From Porphyridium purpureum (lineage: Eukaryota), in assembly GCA_008690995.1 (NCBI GenBank), contig VRMN01000008.1, positions 496,001 to 560,000 on the forward strand: a DNA stretch of 64,000 bases, read 5' to 3'. Below the pieces are notes generated by a model. The model was not told where the DNA came from. It ran no database searches and worked only from the letters and a program-made list of their open reading frames with translations. How positions within the stretch are numbered: the first letter of the stretch is position 1; the number at the start of each line of letters is the position of its first letter. Shown one piece after another: positions 55,247 through 64,000 of this stretch. The translations under genes were made by a program, and so were the position numbers.

Positions 55247-56986
55247 ATGATGGCGATGGAGATGTTTGTGTCTGTTGTAACTCATAGACAAGGCCAATTG
55301 AGGCACGCGTGTGATACTGCGCGAATCTGCTCATCACCTCGTCCTGCGCGCGTCGACTATTGTTGCAACCGTCATGACGATGTGATGACTGGGCGCCGGT
55401 CGCACCTTGTGGTTCGTTCTGTAGACGCGCGCGTCGGTGCTGATGTGAAGACAAGGAACACCATCCGAGAGGTGGTGGAGTGGAAGGGCGAGAATGGCGG
55501 CGACGGCGCACGTGCTGTGCTGCGCTTGAAGGCTGTTGAAAATGCAGGTGAGGACAGCGATAAGTATGTGGTGTGTCCAGGGTGCGCAGTGGCGTACTTT
55601 GTAGGTCGAGCCCAAGTCCTGTCGAGTCAGGTGCAGTGCGCGAATTGTGCAGTCTCGTTTGTGTGTGGTGCCACGCATTTGTTCGAACTCGCACCGACTG
55701 AAACGGCGCCTCGGCAACCGCACGAAATCGCGTGCGAACACTTTGGTGCGTGCTCGGGTTGCACGCTTAATGAGCGCGTGAACATGCCGCCGCTCGCTGA
55801 GGAGCTTCAGAGCTACGCCAAGGACGCTTTGAGATACACGAGTCCGGTGCTCATTCATTGCGGAGAAGAAAGGGGATGGCGCACACAGGCAAAACTGGCC
55901 GTGCGTGGCTCACCCAACCCGGTGATGGGCCTTTTCAAGCAAGGCACGCATCAGGTCGTGCCAATTCCAAACTGTCAGGTGCATCATCCCTCCATCAATG
56001 TTGCGGCCGAAATCGTCAATGCGCTCGTGTCGCAGCTAGGGATCACGGCATACAACGAGATTAGTCTGCGCGGGCAGTTGCGGTACGTTCAGTATCAGGT
56101 CGAGCGCGCGTCGGGCGAAGTGGTGGTGTCCTTTGTGTGGAACGCCGACCAATTCTTGGACGTGGCAAAGTTTGGCTCGCGGCTCGCAAACATGCTTTGG
56201 AACCAACGCAATGAGGCCAAAGTCAAGGCGATATGGTTCCATCTGAATGACTTGCCGGGCAACGCCATTTTGGCACCGAATCCACGCAAGTGGAAATGCA
56301 TCAAGAGCGTCAAATTGGACAATCCGCTCGCCGGCATGACGCTGGAAACCATATTTAATGTCCCCGTCTACTTCACGCCCTACTCGTTCCGCCAGGCAAA
56401 TCTCGACGCCTTTGAAGCAATGCTTGTGCGGATGGCCAAGTTTGTGCCCAAGCGAAGCAAAGTCGTGGAATTTTGCGCCGGTGTGGGCGTGATTGGTCTG
56501 TCGCTGTTGCAAAGTCGCGACCTAAGTTCCTTGCTGTGCACCGAGATTAACCGCATGGCCGAAGACGGTTTCTACGCAAGTCTGGCCAAACTCCCTCGCG
56601 ACCTTCAGTCACGCGCGCAGTTCAAAGCCGCGCCCATGAACGCTGTGCTGCACCTCCTAGACGGGTGCGACGTGCTTGTCATTGACCCTCCGCGGTCTGG
56701 CTTCGACAAGACACTTATGGACCACATGATCGGGATCAGCTCGTCCAACGGTGCAAGCAATGCGCGCAGTCGGCGCCGCAGCGACAAGGGTCTGCGTCTC
56801 ATCTACATAAGCTGTGGCTTCAAAGCATTCCAGCGAGACGCCTTGCAGCTGTGTCGCGTGGGATGGAAGCTGCGCCACGTAGATGGCTCTGTTTTTTTCC
56901 CGGGTTCCAACCACATTGAAACACTGGCCGTCTTTGATGCGCCGTCCCCAGACGACAACTTGAGCCGCGCCGGCGTCGCGCGATAA
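55247..56986 (+). CDS. RlmD/TrmA-family RNA (uracil-5) methyltransferase, probably organellar
   Basis: Fe-S motif CEHFGACSGC, WRTQAKLAVR, IPNCQVH, FRQAN, AGVGVIG, IDPPRSG, YISC, FFPGSNHIE. Confidence 0.92.
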   Translation: MMAMEMFVSVVTHRQGQLRHACDTARICSSPRPARVDYCCNRHDDVMTGRRSHLVVRSVDARVGADVKTRNTIREVVEWKGENGGDGARAVLRLKAVENAGEDSDKYVVCPGCAVAYFVGRAQVLSSQVQCANCAVSFVCGATHLFELAPTETAPRQPHEIACEHFGACSGCTLNERVNMPPLAEELQSYAKDALRYTSPVLIHCGEERGWRTQAKLAVRGSPNPVMGLFKQGTHQVVPIPNCQVHHPSINVAAEIVNALVSQLGITAYNEISLRGQLRYVQYQVERASGEVVVSFVWNADQFLDVAKFGSRLANMLWNQRNEAKVKAIWFHLNDLPGNAILAPNPRKWKCIKSVKLDNPLAGMTLETIFNVPVYFTPYSFRQANLDAFEAMLVRMAKFVPKRSKVVEFCAGVGVIGLSLLQSRDLSSLLCTEINRMAEDGFYASLAKLPRDLQSRAQFKAAPMNAVLHLLDGCDVLVIDPPRSGFDKTLMDHMIGISSSNGASNARSRRRSDKGLRLIYISCGFKAFQRDALQLCRVGWKLRHVDGSVFFPGSNHIETLAVFDAPSPDDNLSRAGVAR

Positions 56987-57268
56987 GACCCGTGTCACGG
57001 CCCGTCAAAGGCCAAATTATGACGCGCCCCCGCTTCCGTGCGTTAGAGTCATGTTGACCCGCGGCGCTTTGCCAGCCCCGCACCAGCCAGCAAAACGAGC
57101 CAGCGGGATAAGCAAGTCCTTCCCGCAGTAAAAGTTCTTTCCATCGACCCCTTCATCCCAGTTGCGCTCGTCGCGAGCGGCTACGAAGTCGTGCAGGCCG
57201 CGTCGGACACGGACCGCAGCCGTTGGTGTGCGACACATGCATGCGGGAACAGAGGGCGAGCAGGAATC

Positions 57269-58459
57269 ATGGCGGAGCCACAGCGTGAAGGGGACGCCGG
57301 TGCCGGCGGTGGAGGGGGTGGATCCGGGAGTGGCAGCGGGCAGTTGACTTCGATGATGGAGTCCGCGGCGGTTTTGGTGGAACGCGCGAAACGGGGAGTC
57401 GAGACGATGCAGATATTGATCCAACGCATTGAGCAGAGCGGGCCGAACCACGAGCGGATTGCGACCGCTCTGCACCAGCGCGTGCGAGCGACCGAGGCGT
57501 CGCTCGAGACGACGGAGCGCACGCTACGCGCGCTAAAGGAGAAGATGCGCGCGGCGTCTGTAGTCATGCCAAAGCAGCGCCGGCCGCGCGACACGTCGGT
57601 CGAAGCCGCGCGGGTGCTCTCAGCCATGGAACGGTATGGCGCGACAACCCCGTCCGTCAAGAAACCAAAACTCGCGAATGCGCGGCCGCTGCTGCGCTCG
57701 CAGATCGCCGCTGTGGTCGCAATGATCGACACGCCGATGCGCATTTCCGTGCTCGACCAGCACGTCATGCCTGGGGATCCGGCCGCGGTCATCTTGCTGT
57801 TTGCGTTGAAGCCAGTGTTTCGAGCCGTGCTTCGGCTCGGCAGCGCCTCGCGCTCGGTGTACACCCTGCCAGAATTTGTGATAAATCCAGCGATAGGCGC
57901 GCCTTCAGTGCCGAGCGATGCGCTCGCACCAATCGACGCCGCTACGCACCCTTATTCGGTGTCTGAAGCTGCGCTTGTGCGCTTTGAGCTCCCGGAAACC
58001 GCCGTGTTCCGTCTGTTGACAGAGCGCGCCTCGACCGCCGCGCGGCACTTTTGGTTCGCGAGCGAGTCTGGCTCGGACGCGCTTTTGAGCTTTATGCGCT
58101 GGCTCGCGCTGCACCAGTCCATCTTTCGCGATGCCAGTCATGCGGACGGCTCGCGCGTCAAATTTGATACGTCACGCGGAGCGTTTCTTCCGCCAGTGAT
58201 CCATTCATTCGATCTGGAGAACAATGTGCCTCTCCATCCGCGCACTTGCCTTCCGCAAAGCTCCGGATCTCGCGCCGGGCGACCACAGTCATCCACTCCA
58301 ATTGATGCCAATCAGGTAGGTGGTGCTGGGGTTGGTGTAGGAACAGGCGGATCCGGGGCACAGGTTTCAAGCGTGTCGGCTGCGCCACCTGGTCAAGTAC
58401 CATTACAGGTTCCACCGAGACCCGTCGGGATTCCCGCGAGTCAGGTACGCCCGGGCTGA
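57269..58459 (+). CDS. MED27: Mediator subunit MED27-like
   Basis: VFRAVL, VFRLLTERA..A..HF, LLSFMRWL..HQSIF, LPPV motifs match the MED27 C-terminal domain. Confidence 0.72.
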   Translation: MAEPQREGDAGAGGGGGGSGSGSGQLTSMMESAAVLVERAKRGVETMQILIQRIEQSGPNHERIATALHQRVRATEASLETTERTLRALKEKMRAASVVMPKQRRPRDTSVEAARVLSAMERYGATTPSVKKPKLANARPLLRSQIAAVVAMIDTPMRISVLDQHVMPGDPAAVILLFALKPVFRAVLRLGSASRSVYTLPEFVINPAIGAPSVPSDALAPIDAATHPYSVSEAALVRFELPETAVFRLLTERASTAARHFWFASESGSDALLSFMRWLALHQSIFRDASHADGSRVKFDTSRGAFLPPVIHSFDLENNVPLHPRTCLPQSSGSRAGRPQSSTPIDANQVGGAGVGVGTGGSGAQVSSVSAAPPGQVPLQVPPRPVGIPASQVRPG

Positions 58460-59150
58460 AGCTGTCTCTATGCGCATCGCGTTATCTACTAGACACTTTT
58501 GCCTTGAGAAGCAACAGACGCCCAGCAGCGAATCTAGAGCCGCGACACCGTTTGTCTAGTCGTGGTTGCACGTGGGAGAGCAGAAGGGTCTGCATATGTC
58601 TGAGAGGAGCCTTATCGATATGTTAGATAGCTGCACTCCCTGACCTGGCAAAGAGCGTGGCCTTCGCCTGGCTCCTGCCCTTGGTACGGTTACAGTATTG
58701 AATGTCTGTGTGAGAGTGGTCGCGCGACTGAGGTGGTTTTGGATGCGGCATGAGAACACGAATCTTGGGCCACGCTGTTTACTTCAATCTTGCCATGGTC
58801 AACCACGTGCCTGTATTTGTCGTGCGCAGAACACATCGACGCTTCCGCCAGAGCGCTTCGCGCCACTCGGAGTTCCTCACACGTTTGACTGAGGGGCAAG
58901 AAAGTTTCAGTCACCCACCTGACAAAGTCAAGTAGAAAAAACGCCGCCGCTTTGGTTGACTGCGGGCTCTCCTGCGGCGGCTGCTCCGATCACATGCGCC
59001 ATTCTTCAACCGTTTCTTGTAAATCGCTTCAATTGCCGCACTCGAGTTACGTGTCGCGTCACGGACACCCATGCAATCTGGTCGGGTCGCTCTGGGTGGG
59101 AAGGGGAAGGAGGTGATCTCGGGATAGACGGCTAGACAGTCGGGAGCAGA

Positions 59151-60929
59151 ATGGACGGCCCGATGCTGAGCAAGCGCTCTGTGATCCTCAACGATGTGTA
59201 TCAAGTGACCATGGCGTACGCGTACTTTGTGCAGGGTATGCACGAGCAGGAGTCGGTGTTTGAATACTACTTTCGCACCGCGCCGTTCGGCTCTAGCTAC
59301 TGTATCCTGCAAGGTGTGCACGACCTGGTGAGCTTTCTCTCGTCCAGCTTTTGGTTCACGCAGACTGAGCTCGACGAAGTCAAGGCGTTGCTCACGTTCA
59401 CGAAAGCGGATAGTGAGCTCGTGGACCAGTTTATTGCGTACCTCGCGAACGCGGACGCGTCAACAATGGACATTGTGTCGTTTGCAGACGGATCCGTTGT
59501 ATTCCCGAATGAGCCTATCGTGCAAGTGAAAGGCCCGCTCGCGCTCGTGCAGCTGCTGGAAACCCCGCTGCTCAATACGCTCAATTTCCCAACTCTTCTG
59601 TGTACCAAGGCCAACCGGCTGGTGCGAATCGCCGGTGAGCACTGCTCGATTGTCGAGTTTGGGCTGCGTCGTGCACAGGGAGCCGAGGCTGGGCTACTGG
59701 CCGCCAAGTATGCGTATGCTGGTGGCGCCAATGGCTCGTCAAATCTTCTAGCGTGCGAGAAATTCGGAATTCCTTACGCCGGAACACACGCCCATTCGTT
59801 TGTGCAGGCGTTCAGGGGGATCGAGGATCTCGGCAACCTGGATGAGCCTCTTGTGGGCAAGTGGGCTGTGAGTGCCACGAAGGCCGATTTCGTGCGCCTT
59901 GTTGAGTCGCTTCTCGAGCTGATCAACGCCAAGTCTTCGAACCGCGGCGAATTGGCAGCATTCATCTCGTTTGCCTTTGCGTTCCCTGGTCGATTTGTCG
60001 CGTTGGTCGACACGTACAACACGCTGCGCTCCGGTGTTCCAAACTATATTGCGGTGGCATGCGCACTGCTAAAGGAAGGATTCAAGCCGGTGGGCATTCG
60101 GATCGATAGCGGCGATCTGGGCGTGCTGTCACGCGCAGCGCGGCGCCAGATAAACACCGCGGCTTCTATCACGGGCTTATTCAAGCTCGGGGAGTCACGC
60201 ATTTTTGCAAGTAATGATCTTGACGAACGAGCCATTGCAGCACTGGGGCCATATCTGCCCAGCTCGGCCGTCAAGAAGAGCGACACGACCGGCCATTGCA
60301 TCACCGACTTTGGAGTGGGCACAAAGCTAGTGACCTGCTATGATCAGCCAGCGCTCGGTGGCGTTTTCAAGCTGTGCAGTTTGGACGGCCGACCTTGCTT
60401 CAAAATCTCAGAAGAAACCGCCAAGTCGTCGATGCCGTTTTCAAAGCAAGTTCATCGTGTGATTGAGAATGGCGAAGTCGTGGCCGATATCATCACGCTC
60501 CGGGACTCACCGCTGGAGTATGTGGAAGGAATGGATGGATACATTCTCGCCGTGTCGCGCTCAGACTTTTCGAAAAAGTTTGCAATCCATGCTGAAGAAG
60601 TGCAAGAGCAGCTCAATCCCGTGTGGCATCTCGGAAAGCCCACAGGTTCGGTGGTGGACTCGGCCGGTAACCTTTTGTCCGAAAAAGAGGCCGTTTTGCG
60701 ATCGCGTGCGCTTCTCCCCATCGTGACGGAAGAAAAGAGCGCCAATGCGAACGGTCTCGGCAAGTCGCAGTCGTCATCGCCGCCGTCAGGAGCGTCACCT
60801 ACTGGCGCTCAGTCCGGGAAACAAAGCGCATCGCGCAAGGACGGAACGCATGTGTTCTTGGCCCCGGATCTGATGCACATAACTAGAGAACTCCATGATA
60901 TTGCGAGCGTACCGTGTATCATCGATTAG
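59151..60929 (+). CDS. NAPRT: Nicotinate phosphoribosyltransferase
   Basis: D.YQ.TMAYAY, FRTAPF, QLLETPLLN, EFGLRRAQG, GTHAHSFV, LVDTY, GIRIDSGDL, ASNDLDE, FGVGT.LVTC.DQPALGGVFKL. Confidence 0.96.
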   Translation: MDGPMLSKRSVILNDVYQVTMAYAYFVQGMHEQESVFEYYFRTAPFGSSYCILQGVHDLVSFLSSSFWFTQTELDEVKALLTFTKADSELVDQFIAYLANADASTMDIVSFADGSVVFPNEPIVQVKGPLALVQLLETPLLNTLNFPTLLCTKANRLVRIAGEHCSIVEFGLRRAQGAEAGLLAAKYAYAGGANGSSNLLACEKFGIPYAGTHAHSFVQAFRGIEDLGNLDEPLVGKWAVSATKADFVRLVESLLELINAKSSNRGELAAFISFAFAFPGRFVALVDTYNTLRSGVPNYIAVACALLKEGFKPVGIRIDSGDLGVLSRAARRQINTAASITGLFKLGESRIFASNDLDERAIAALGPYLPSSAVKKSDTTGHCITDFGVGTKLVTCYDQPALGGVFKLCSLDGRPCFKISEETAKSSMPFSKQVHRVIENGEVVADIITLRDSPLEYVEGMDGYILAVSRSDFSKKFAIHAEEVQEQLNPVWHLGKPTGSVVDSAGNLLSEKEAVLRSRALLPIVTEEKSANANGLGKSQSSSPPSGASPTGAQSGKQSASRKDGTHVFLAPDLMHITRELHDIASVPCIID

Positions 60930-60957
60930 CTACTTTCCCCGAGCGCTTCGAAGCATG

Positions 60958-60972
60958 TTTATTTTTTGTTTT

Positions 60973-61003
<31 letters not shown>

Positions 61004-61017
61004 TTGTTGTTCTTGTT
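60958..61017 (+). repeat. T-rich (TTTTG)n tract
   Basis: Read directly, about 30 nt downstream of the NAPRT stop codon. Confidence 0.85.
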
Positions 61018-62299
61018 GCAGAAGTTGACTTGTGGCAACGCTTCGTACATGGTGTGGGAACTCGTCAGCCCGTTTGGCCTCAAGTCATCTTGGTAAAGGT
61101 CAATCTGACAAGCTGATCCTGTCCACCACGACAGGACTGTGCAATGAGTACGACGTCCGAGAATATGCTGAGATGGTTGGGTCCCACAGGTAGAACGCAC
61201 TCAGAGCTCGGACAAACTCGTAAACAGCGTTAAATTTTTGCCGAGAAATCGAGAGGACGCTGGGTCTCGCATGAACGTAATCAGCGGAGACCTGCGCATG
61301 GATCCCTGACATGGTCGCACGGTAAACGAGATAAGAAATCTCTTTGGCGTACGGGATCGCTGTCTGCAAGGGTCCAGTTGATGAAGGGAGACTTCACTGC
61401 TCCGTGCACGCCGAGGGTGTCATGTTGATCGCGAAATAAGCCGCATTTGAACTCGGCGTGAAGCTCGCTGGAGCCAATCATGGTGAGCTCATGCCCATCC
61501 TAGCAGCCACCAAAGAGATGCTCATTGCCCTGAAGGTCGACAGATTTCGGTATCGACCGCTCCTCGAGAATGACCTAGGTTCACATCCGAGACGGCTGTC
61601 ACACGAGACTGTTGTGAAACGGCGGGGTTGATTTTTTTTTTTTTTTTCGTTCGCAAGAGCTCCAAGAGCATGAACTCCAAAAGTCCTGGAGGGTTCTTGA
61701 ATGTGTGCCGAGAGAATCCCTGAAGAAAAATTACGTACTTGAATTGCAAAGAGGAATTCTTATCGCGCGACCAGATCCTGAATTTTTTGCGGCAATGTGG
61801 AAGGCAAGAACTGGATTCATTGACGATGGATCGAGACAAAGTGTCTGTGTTTGTGTGTTCATGGCACGGACTTCTAAATGTCCTTCCTGTAAAGGAATTC
61901 TTGTCTCGTTTCAGTCATTCACTCTGCCACTGCCTTTCTGCTTCAGGACTCCAGTCAAGTACGGACGTACATTCGAGGCACGCTCAGTGGATCTTTTCGG
62001 CAGGTGCGACGCCTTGATGAGCGATTACGTGGGTCGACAGCATCATTTGAGCAAGCTCGTGCCTCTGCGTTTCACGCCGTGGCTTACGACATGCAGTGTA
62101 ATCGAAAATCAGATGGGCCTTGTTTCCGCATGCACCACATGTGCATGGTCTTCAAAGAAAAGTCTGCTGCCGATTTCTCGAACCTTGTCACAAGAAAAGG
62201 TTGCGAGCTGCGTGTGACGGAAAGACACTTTGCCATTGTGGGTAGGCTTTGCGGCGACTCAGAGCGGAAAGCTGAGAGTCCAGCCAAGTCACAGGGGCC

Positions 62300-63715
62300 A
62301 TGGAGCGCGCATTGGAGATGGTGGATGAACTCGCGGCCGACTTCGTGCACTTGTTGCGCGACGGCGTGCGCATTCCATCGGTTTCGAATGAGATCGAGAG
62401 ACACGACGACGTGTGCGCGATGGGCGCGTTTGTGGCGCAGCTCGCACGCGACAGGGGTGCAGACTCGGTGTTGGTTGTGGATGATCTAGGCAAGCTGGAG
62501 AACGGGAACCCGATCCCGCCCGTCGTGCTGGCGCAGTGGGGTTCCGATCCGGCAAAACACACATTGTGCGTGTACGGGCATTATGACGTGATGCCGGCAG
62601 CGGTTGAGGATGGCTGGGAGCATCAAGCAGATCCATTTGAACTAGTCGAGAAGGATATGGATGGCATAGGTACGGTTTTGTTTGGACGCGGCAGCACTGA
62701 CGACAAGGGTCCGTTACTTGGGTGGTTCTGCGCGTTGCAGGCGATGCAGGCAGCCGGCATGGCCCTCCCCGTCAATTTGAAGCTCGTGGCAGAGGGACGC
62801 GAGGAAGCTGGAAGCGAAGGCATGGACAAGCTCGTATCGACCCATCCGTTTTTCAAGGAAAATGTGGATATGTTCTGCATTTCTGACAACTATTGGTTGG
62901 GTGGCTTTCCTTGCATCACGTACGGCCTTCGTGGCTTCTGTGGAATGAATGTGACCGTGACGGGACCTGAACGCAACTTGCACAGTGGCATTTTTGGCGG
63001 CCTTGTTGTAGATCCGTACCTGCAAGTCATCCAGCTCCTGCAGTCACTCACGGATGCGCAAGGCGACATTGTGATTCCATCAGTGCTTGAGGATGTGCAA
63101 GAGGTAACGGACGAGGAGCGCGAGCTCTACGAGGCGATCCATTTTGACCCAGAAAGCTGGAGGCGCGAGTCGGGTCTTCCTCATATCAAGGGCGACTCCA
63201 AAGTGGACGTCCTGATGCGCAGATGGCGGTTTCCTTCGCTCACGATCCACGGCATTGAGGCGAGCTCGCCCATGAACGCGACCATCATTGCAAGCTCGGT
63301 CTCTGCGCGCTTTTCAGTGCGCCTTGTACCAGACATGGACCCTGCGGTAACATTTGAAAAGATCAAGGCGCATCTCGAGCAGCATTTCGCGTCGTTACCA
63401 GGCAAAAACAGGCTAGATGTCAGCATGACCTACGGCGCGCGGGCATTTGTGTCGGACTGGCACCACTACAACTTTGCCAGCGCTCACGCGGCCGTCAAGG
63501 ACGTGTACCACGTGGAGCCTGAAATGACGCGTGAAGGAGGCAGCATCCCAGTGAGCCTGGTCTTTCAGAACACGGGCCGGAATGTGTGCCTGCTTCCCAT
63601 TGGTGACTTTGACGGCAATGCTCACGGACCCAACGAAAATATTTCCAAGAAGAATTTTCTGCAGGGCATCAAGCTCTTTGTCGCGTACATGCATCATCTA
63701 GGCAAGGCGCAATGA
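62300..63715 (+). CDS. CNDP2: Cytosolic non-specific dipeptidase (M20A, CNDP2/Dug1)
   Basis: IPSVS, YGHYDV.PA, GRGSTDDKGP, EGREEAGS, ISDNYW, YGLRG, LHSG.FGG, RWRFPSLTIHGIE, REGGSIP, AHGPNE. Confidence 0.95.
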   Translation: MERALEMVDELAADFVHLLRDGVRIPSVSNEIERHDDVCAMGAFVAQLARDRGADSVLVVDDLGKLENGNPIPPVVLAQWGSDPAKHTLCVYGHYDVMPAAVEDGWEHQADPFELVEKDMDGIGTVLFGRGSTDDKGPLLGWFCALQAMQAAGMALPVNLKLVAEGREEAGSEGMDKLVSTHPFFKENVDMFCISDNYWLGGFPCITYGLRGFCGMNVTVTGPERNLHSGIFGGLVVDPYLQVIQLLQSLTDAQGDIVIPSVLEDVQEVTDEERELYEAIHFDPESWRRESGLPHIKGDSKVDVLMRRWRFPSLTIHGIEASSPMNATIIASSVSARFSVRLVPDMDPAVTFEKIKAHLEQHFASLPGKNRLDVSMTYGARAFVSDWHHYNFASAHAAVKDVYHVEPEMTREGGSIPVSLVFQNTGRNVCLLPIGDFDGNAHGPNENISKKNFLQGIKLFVAYMHHLGKAQ

Positions 63716-64000
63716 CCAAAGCAGGGCCGTGCTGTCGCCCAGTCTCCCTGGTGGCGCGCTTCGTGGCCTCAGTGCGGACTATGCGCTGCCCGTTTTGGAA
63801 ATATTTTGCAACGCTCACTCGAGAGTCTCGAGTGTCGCCGAATTATCACTAGACGAATAAAGCAGATATGTTCCGTCCCGAGCAAACGAACCCGGCTCCA
63901 TGATTACAGATGACTGGTACTCCCACACACGCGACTGCGACGTGGTGTGCTTGCTCCAATGCCGACCCGGGCAGGATGCCACAATGAGACCATCCGGTTG

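Noticed and set aside
63713..63800. Stop-codon readthrough of CNDP2 creating a targeting signal
   Set aside because: The context is TGA-CCA rather than TGA-CTA, and no short PTS1-ending extension follows.
1..64000. Hundreds of overlapping short or antisense ORFs (e.g. 1490-2440, 6520-7224, 15822-16598, 38058-39005)
   Set aside because: Shadow frames of real genes in GC-rich DNA; no motifs of their own.

Overview
Gene-dense, GC-rich eukaryotic nuclear DNA with essentially intronless genes. Plastid-type transit peptides (MSAFV, MAFAP), a Tat-dependent lumenal FKBP and a peroxisomal serine:glyoxylate aminotransferase point to a unicellular red alga, Porphyridium-like (inference). About 27 protein-coding genes can be supported. 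Most are conserved housekeeping or signalling genes: NOP53, AGT1, BTAF1/MOT1, SDHAF2, a senescence-domain protein, 5-FCL, FKBP, SRR1, cyclin P, ABHD18, HIG1, cyclin B, CRAL-TRIO, NUP98-96, MAPK, SKI3, a TOM6-like microprotein, an RlmD/TrmA methyltransferase, MED27, NAPRT and CNDP2. No tRNA, rRNA, CRISPR array or intact transposon was recognised. The most unusual signals are: (1) a heptamer GTACAGT/ACTGTAC clustered, sometimes as palindromic pairs, in upstream intergenic regions; (2) a TKL-type kinase with a duplicated unknown N-terminal domain and two C-terminal EF-hands; (3) a cluster of MSA-like AACGG motifs upstream of cyclin B; (4) a +1 frame break at the start of NUP98; (5) an HPN-type J-domain fused to an unknown Cys/His domain. 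All family calls come from motif recognition by eye; no database searches were run.
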